Assembly (NCBI GenBank): GCA_013151655.1
Contig: JAADHX010000226.1
Coordinates: forward strand, 1 to 32,676
DNA from: Actinomycetota bacterium
GTDB lineage: Bacteria > Actinomycetota > Acidimicrobiia > Acidimicrobiales > Poriferisodalaceae
Direction: 5' to 3'
Length of the DNA stretch: 32,676 nt
How positions within the stretch are numbered: the first letter of the stretch is position 1; every line of letters starts with the position of its first letter. The position numbers and the translations under genes were made by a program. The notes beneath the pieces are model-generated. The model saw only the letters and a list, made by a program, of their open reading frames with translations, did not search any database and was not told where the DNA came from. Of this stretch, positions 29,842-32,676 are shown piece after piece.

Positions 29842-31341
29842 CTAGAGCCGAAGACCGGCGTCTTGGCGAATTTGTCGGGCTGAAAATCGAGCCGTATACC
29901 CGGCATCGTCATCAGTTGGGGGCTGCTGGCTTTCGCGGTTGCGCTGCTCTTGATCGAAAGATTCGTTCAACTGCCGTTGCCAAGTGGCGGTGTCCGATGT
30001 CCCTGCACCGGCATCGGCCACCGTGACGCTGATGCCACCGGCGTCGATGGCGATGCGGACCCTGATCCCATGGGCTTCACCGAAGTCGAGCGATATTGCC
30101 CGCGGTGGGGGCTGCTTCGACAACGCTTCGGCTGTGTCGGCGATTCGCAAGATCGCAGCTTCCATTGTTGCTTGCTGCTGACTAACCGGAGGCGGACTCG
30201 TCGATGCAGCGCCAAGCGACGGCGAGCTGGCGCCAACGGCCACGACGTTTGGACCGAGCTCGATGGGTGCCGCTGAGTTGGTGTTGGTAGCCACTTCGAT
30301 CGGGCCCGTTCCAACCACCTGGGGTTCTGTGCCGGTAGAAGAGGCCAAAGAAGAGGTCGAAGCAGAGGCCAAGGGAGCTGCTGACGCAGCAACAATCGAT
30401 GCCGTCAAAGGCTGCGCCCCGTGGCCGGTTGCAGACCGCTCGCCAGCTGGTGACCTAGCGGTTACTACGTCATCGGAGTCAGTGGTGAGTACTTCGAGAG
30501 GGGCGTCGCCCTCAGACGGTATGGCCAGATCCTCGGACTCCGGATCGTCGTCGTTGCTTGATGCCGCAAGACTCACCTGCATCTCGCTATCCAGATTCAG
30601 CGCGTCTAGATGTTCTTGAGTTGTCGCAGTGCTTGGACGGGCGTCGCCGTCGGTCCTACCTACAGCAGGTTGAGTTTCCGGTAGCAGATCAGACCGGGCC
30701 GGGTCCGAGACCCGTTGAGCCGTCCGATCCTGAAGGCTCGACGCTTCGCCAAGCTCATCGGCCAATTGATCTGCCAGACCAGCCGGTGAGGCTCCATCGC
30801 GGGAGTCGATAGGGGCAGCCTCAGGTTGAGCCGACCTAACAGACGGGACGGTGATGTCGGGATTCTCAGCGTCGACTTCGGGACCATCCACCAAGACCGA
30901 GAACGCCCTAGCTTCGACGGTTTCGGGATGACCCTTCAACCCGAGTGCGACCGCGACGGAACCAGCAACTTCGTTCGATGCATCGCCACGGACGTCGGTC
31001 GGGTCGCTCAGTCCTACTCCGATATCGCTCGACTCTTGGCTCGTTAGGTCAGGTGCTTCTTCGGTGTTGTGGAGGTGAGCAGAGTCGTTCTTGTCGAGAC
31101 GAGTCGAGTCGAGTCGAGCCTCACCGACTCGATCGTGGTCGTGACTTGGCTTGGACTTCCCGGCGTCACCGGACGAGTCCGGTCGATCTTTGCTGGAGCG
31201 TACATCGGTTAGGGCTCGATCAAATCGATTGGCAAAAGACTGTTCGTCCGCAACCGTGCCAGACTCGCCTGGCCTCCGGACTGGCGTCGCACCGGCAAAA
31301 GCAGTTCCGGTCTTCGGAAGCGGAATCATCGTCGATGTCAT
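29842..31341 (-). CDS. fliK: hook-length control protein FliK (low-complexity N-terminal/central part, conserved C-terminal domain)
   Basis: Position between fliJ/SLT and flgD. Ala/Ser/Pro/Asp-rich ruler-like region. C-terminal [41 protein letters not shown] fits the FliK C-terminal (Flg_hook) pattern. Confidence 0.7.
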   Translation of the reverse strand: MTSTMIPLPKTGTAFAGATPVRRPGESGTVADEQSFANRFDRALTDVRSSKDRPDSSGDAGKSKPSHDHDRVGEARLDSTRLDKNDSAHLHNTEEAPDLTSQESSDIGVGLSDPTDVRGDASNEVAGSVAVALGLKGHPETVEARAFSVLVDGPEVDAENPDITVPSVRSAQPEAAPIDSRDGASPAGLADQLADELGEASSLQDRTAQRVSDPARSDLLPETQPAVGRTDGDARPSTATTQEHLDALNLDSEMQVSLAASSNDDDPESEDLAIPSEGDAPLEVLTTDSDDVVTARSPAGERSATGHGAQPLTASIVAASAAPLASASTSSLASSTGTEPQVVGTGPIEVATNTNSAAPIELGPNVVAVGASSPSLGAASTSPPPVSQQQATMEAAILRIADTAEALSKQPPPRAISLDFGEAHGIRVRIAIDAGGISVTVADAGAGTSDTATWQRQLNESFDQEQRNRESQQPPTDDDAGYTARFSARQIRQDAGLRL

Positions 31342-31988
31342 ATGGCTGCTCCAACAAGTTCGGCGCGTCGTGCGGTAACGATTCGCACATACGCCTGCGT
31401 TTCGCTGATATTCGGTATGCCGCCTGATTGAATTACGCGGCCAGGCCCAGCGTTGTACGCCGCAAGTGCCAACTCATCTGAACCAAACCTGTCGATCTGT
31501 TGCCGCAAGTAGTTGGCAGCACCGTCTAGGTTCTGAATCGGGTCATAGGGGTCAACGCCAAGGTCGGCGGCAGTGCCTGGCATTAGCTGTCCAAGACCGA
31601 TTGCACCAGCAGGCGAAATCGCATCAGGCCGAAACGCCGATTCGGTCCACACCAACGCTGCCAAGAGGTTGGCATCGACGCCGTACTTGTTTGCTGCATC
31701 TTCGATGGGGCCGGCCCACGCTGTCGCCCGTTGCGGAAGCGATCCCGTTGCCAACGGAACCTGGGGACCAACAGCGGCTTCTGCACCACGCGGTGCAGGC
31801 ACGAATGGCGCGTTCGACACCTGGTCAGACCGAGGAAGGTCAGATGGCAACTGGAGATCGGGGCCGACTGGTCGGGCCGCAGCGAGAACAGCCGAAAAAC
31901 TCTTGAGGCCAGACCCGATACCACCAGAGCGGTTAGCGACGTTCCGTAAGGCCGCGAATTGACTCGTGATACTCGACATGTCACTCAT
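31338..31988 (-). CDS. SLT-domain lytic transglycosylase embedded in the flagellar operon (no evident signal peptide)
   Basis: [44 protein letters not shown]...[11 protein letters not shown]...[12 protein letters not shown] shows family-1 lytic transglycosylase motifs (catalytic E in TES, GLGQ, AYNAGPG). Start and stop overlap fliJ and fliK. Confidence 0.85.
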   Translation of the reverse strand: MSDMSSITSQFAALRNVANRSGGIGSGLKSFSAVLAAARPVGPDLQLPSDLPRSDQVSNAPFVPAPRGAEAAVGPQVPLATGSLPQRATAWAGPIEDAANKYGVDANLLAALVWTESAFRPDAISPAGAIGLGQLMPGTAADLGVDPYDPIQNLDGAANYLRQQIDRFGSDELALAAYNAGPGRVIQSGGIPNISETQAYVRIVTARRAELVGAAI

Positions 31989-32412
31989 TCTTGGCCTCGT
32001 TGGCCGCGTGCCACGCTCGTCTCATGACCACCGCTTCGTCTAGGGATGCCTGGGCAACTCGGGCCGCAACTGCAGCACGCGCCAAGCGACGTTTCTCGGT
32101 AAGCGACTCCGCCACCTTGCGTCGGCCGGTTGCAATCTGGACTGCTGTCATGGCTTCGTTGACTGCGGATCGCGATCGCTGCAATTCCTTACGAGCCATC
32201 TCGAGCTCTTCGGCCCGAAGAACGCCTTGGGCTCGAAGCGCAATCAGGTGTTCTGGACCCAACTCGCGCCCGCCATCAAATATGGGCCGGCGCAGCGAAT
32301 CCAAGTGTTGTCTGGCACTAACCAGACGGTCGTGCAGACCAGCAAGGTCGCGTTGCGCGTTGCGTTCACGTAGACGTCTCAATCGGACCACAACACCCAA
32401 GCGATCGCTCAC
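31981..32412 (-). CDS. fliJ: flagellar export stalk protein FliJ
   Basis: 143-aa all-helical Arg/Leu/Ala-rich protein ([33 protein letters not shown]..). GTGA overlap with the fliI stop. Canonical position. Confidence 0.65.
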   Translation of the reverse strand: MSDRLGVVVRLRRLRERNAQRDLAGLHDRLVSARQHLDSLRRPIFDGGRELGPEHLIALRAQGVLRAEELEMARKELQRSRSAVNEAMTAVQIATGRRKVAESLTEKRRLARAAVAARVAQASLDEAVVMRRAWHAANEAKNE

Positions 32413-32676
32413 GTGACCCTGCCTGCTAAGTCGCGCGCTACCAAACGTGCGTCGCTCGCCGCAGTCAGGTCATCTGGGCGCTGGCCAAGAAGGGCCCAGA
32501 TCTCGGGCTCAATCAACAAACCAGCATCAGCGCGGGCGTTCGAGCCGGCAGCATAAGCGCCAACTTCGATGAGGTCGCGCACGTCCTCGACTGCGGCCAA
32601 TGCGCTGCGCAGAGCGGTCGCCGCAGCGAGATCTTCTGGATCCGAGACCGCTGTGGCCAGCCGGCTCAGCGATGCC
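32409..32676 (-). CDS. fliI: flagellar export ATPase FliI, C-terminal end only (gene continues right of the window)
   Basis: The frame is open to the window edge: ASLSRLATAVSDPEDLAAATALRSALAAVEDVRDLIEVGAYAAGSNARADAGLLIEPEIWALLGQRPDD.. fits the FliI/T3SS-ATPase C-terminal helical domain (..y.e.edLI.iGaY..Gs....D.ai.....i..fL.Q). Confidence 0.8.
   Translation of the reverse strand, partial: ASLSRLATAVSDPEDLAAATALRSALAAVEDVRDLIEVGAYAAGSNARADAGLLIEPEIWALLGQRPDDLTAASDARLVARDLAGRVT

Noticed and set aside
31096-31120. Pentanucleotide run GAGAC-(GAGTC)x3-GAGCC inside fliK as a slipped-strand phase-variation tract
   Set aside because: There are only three perfect units, far fewer than typical contingency-locus repeats. 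It probably just encodes the LDSTRLD low-complexity stretch.

Overview
The window is almost entirely a flagellar/motility regulon from a high-GC bacterium. The gene set looks monoderm (Gram-positive/actinobacterial type): FlbD, FliW-CsrA, FliO, a WhiG/FliA-type sigma factor and a Bacillus fla/che-like gene order are present, and no L-/P-ring genes are seen. Left arm (+ strand): 3' end of one flagellin gene, fliS, a second complete flagellin, fliD (reading frame broken near its 3' end), a small acidic ORF, then fliF-fliG-fliH. Centre (mixed strands): a degenerate-GGDEF protein convergent with fliH; flgN-like-flgK-flgL-fliW-csrA; an M23 peptidase with a translationally coupled unknown ORF; the sigma-28-type sigma gene; and a pseudo-receiver/degenerate-GGDEF/HD-GYP protein. 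Right arm (- strand) is one long, tightly coupled operon entering from the right edge: fliI(3' end)-fliJ-lytic transglycosylase-fliK-flgD-flgE-[355-bp repeat/hairpin array]-flbD-motA-motB-fliL-fliM-fliN/Y-fliO-fliP-fliQ-fliR-unknown ORF-flhB-flhA-flhF-like-small membrane ORF. I recognised no rRNA/tRNA genes, transposases, integrases or CRISPR arrays. Most noteworthy: (1) fliD is split between two frames, and the only possible junction contains a CUU-AGG +1-slippery motif. (2) A nested tandem-repeat/stem-loop array lies inside the operon just after flgE. (3) There is a cyclic-di-GMP layer (dead GGDEF with an intact I-site; HD-GYP gene behind a sigma-28-type promoter that is a near-twin of the fliD promoter), while FliM lacks the CheY-docking peptide and no che genes are present. 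(4) The FlhF-position protein has no recognisable GTPase motifs. (5) FlhB has NPIR instead of the NPTH autocleavage motif. (6) Two peptidoglycan hydrolases lack signal peptides. All function calls come from reading the translated motifs and synteny by eye; no database search was run.
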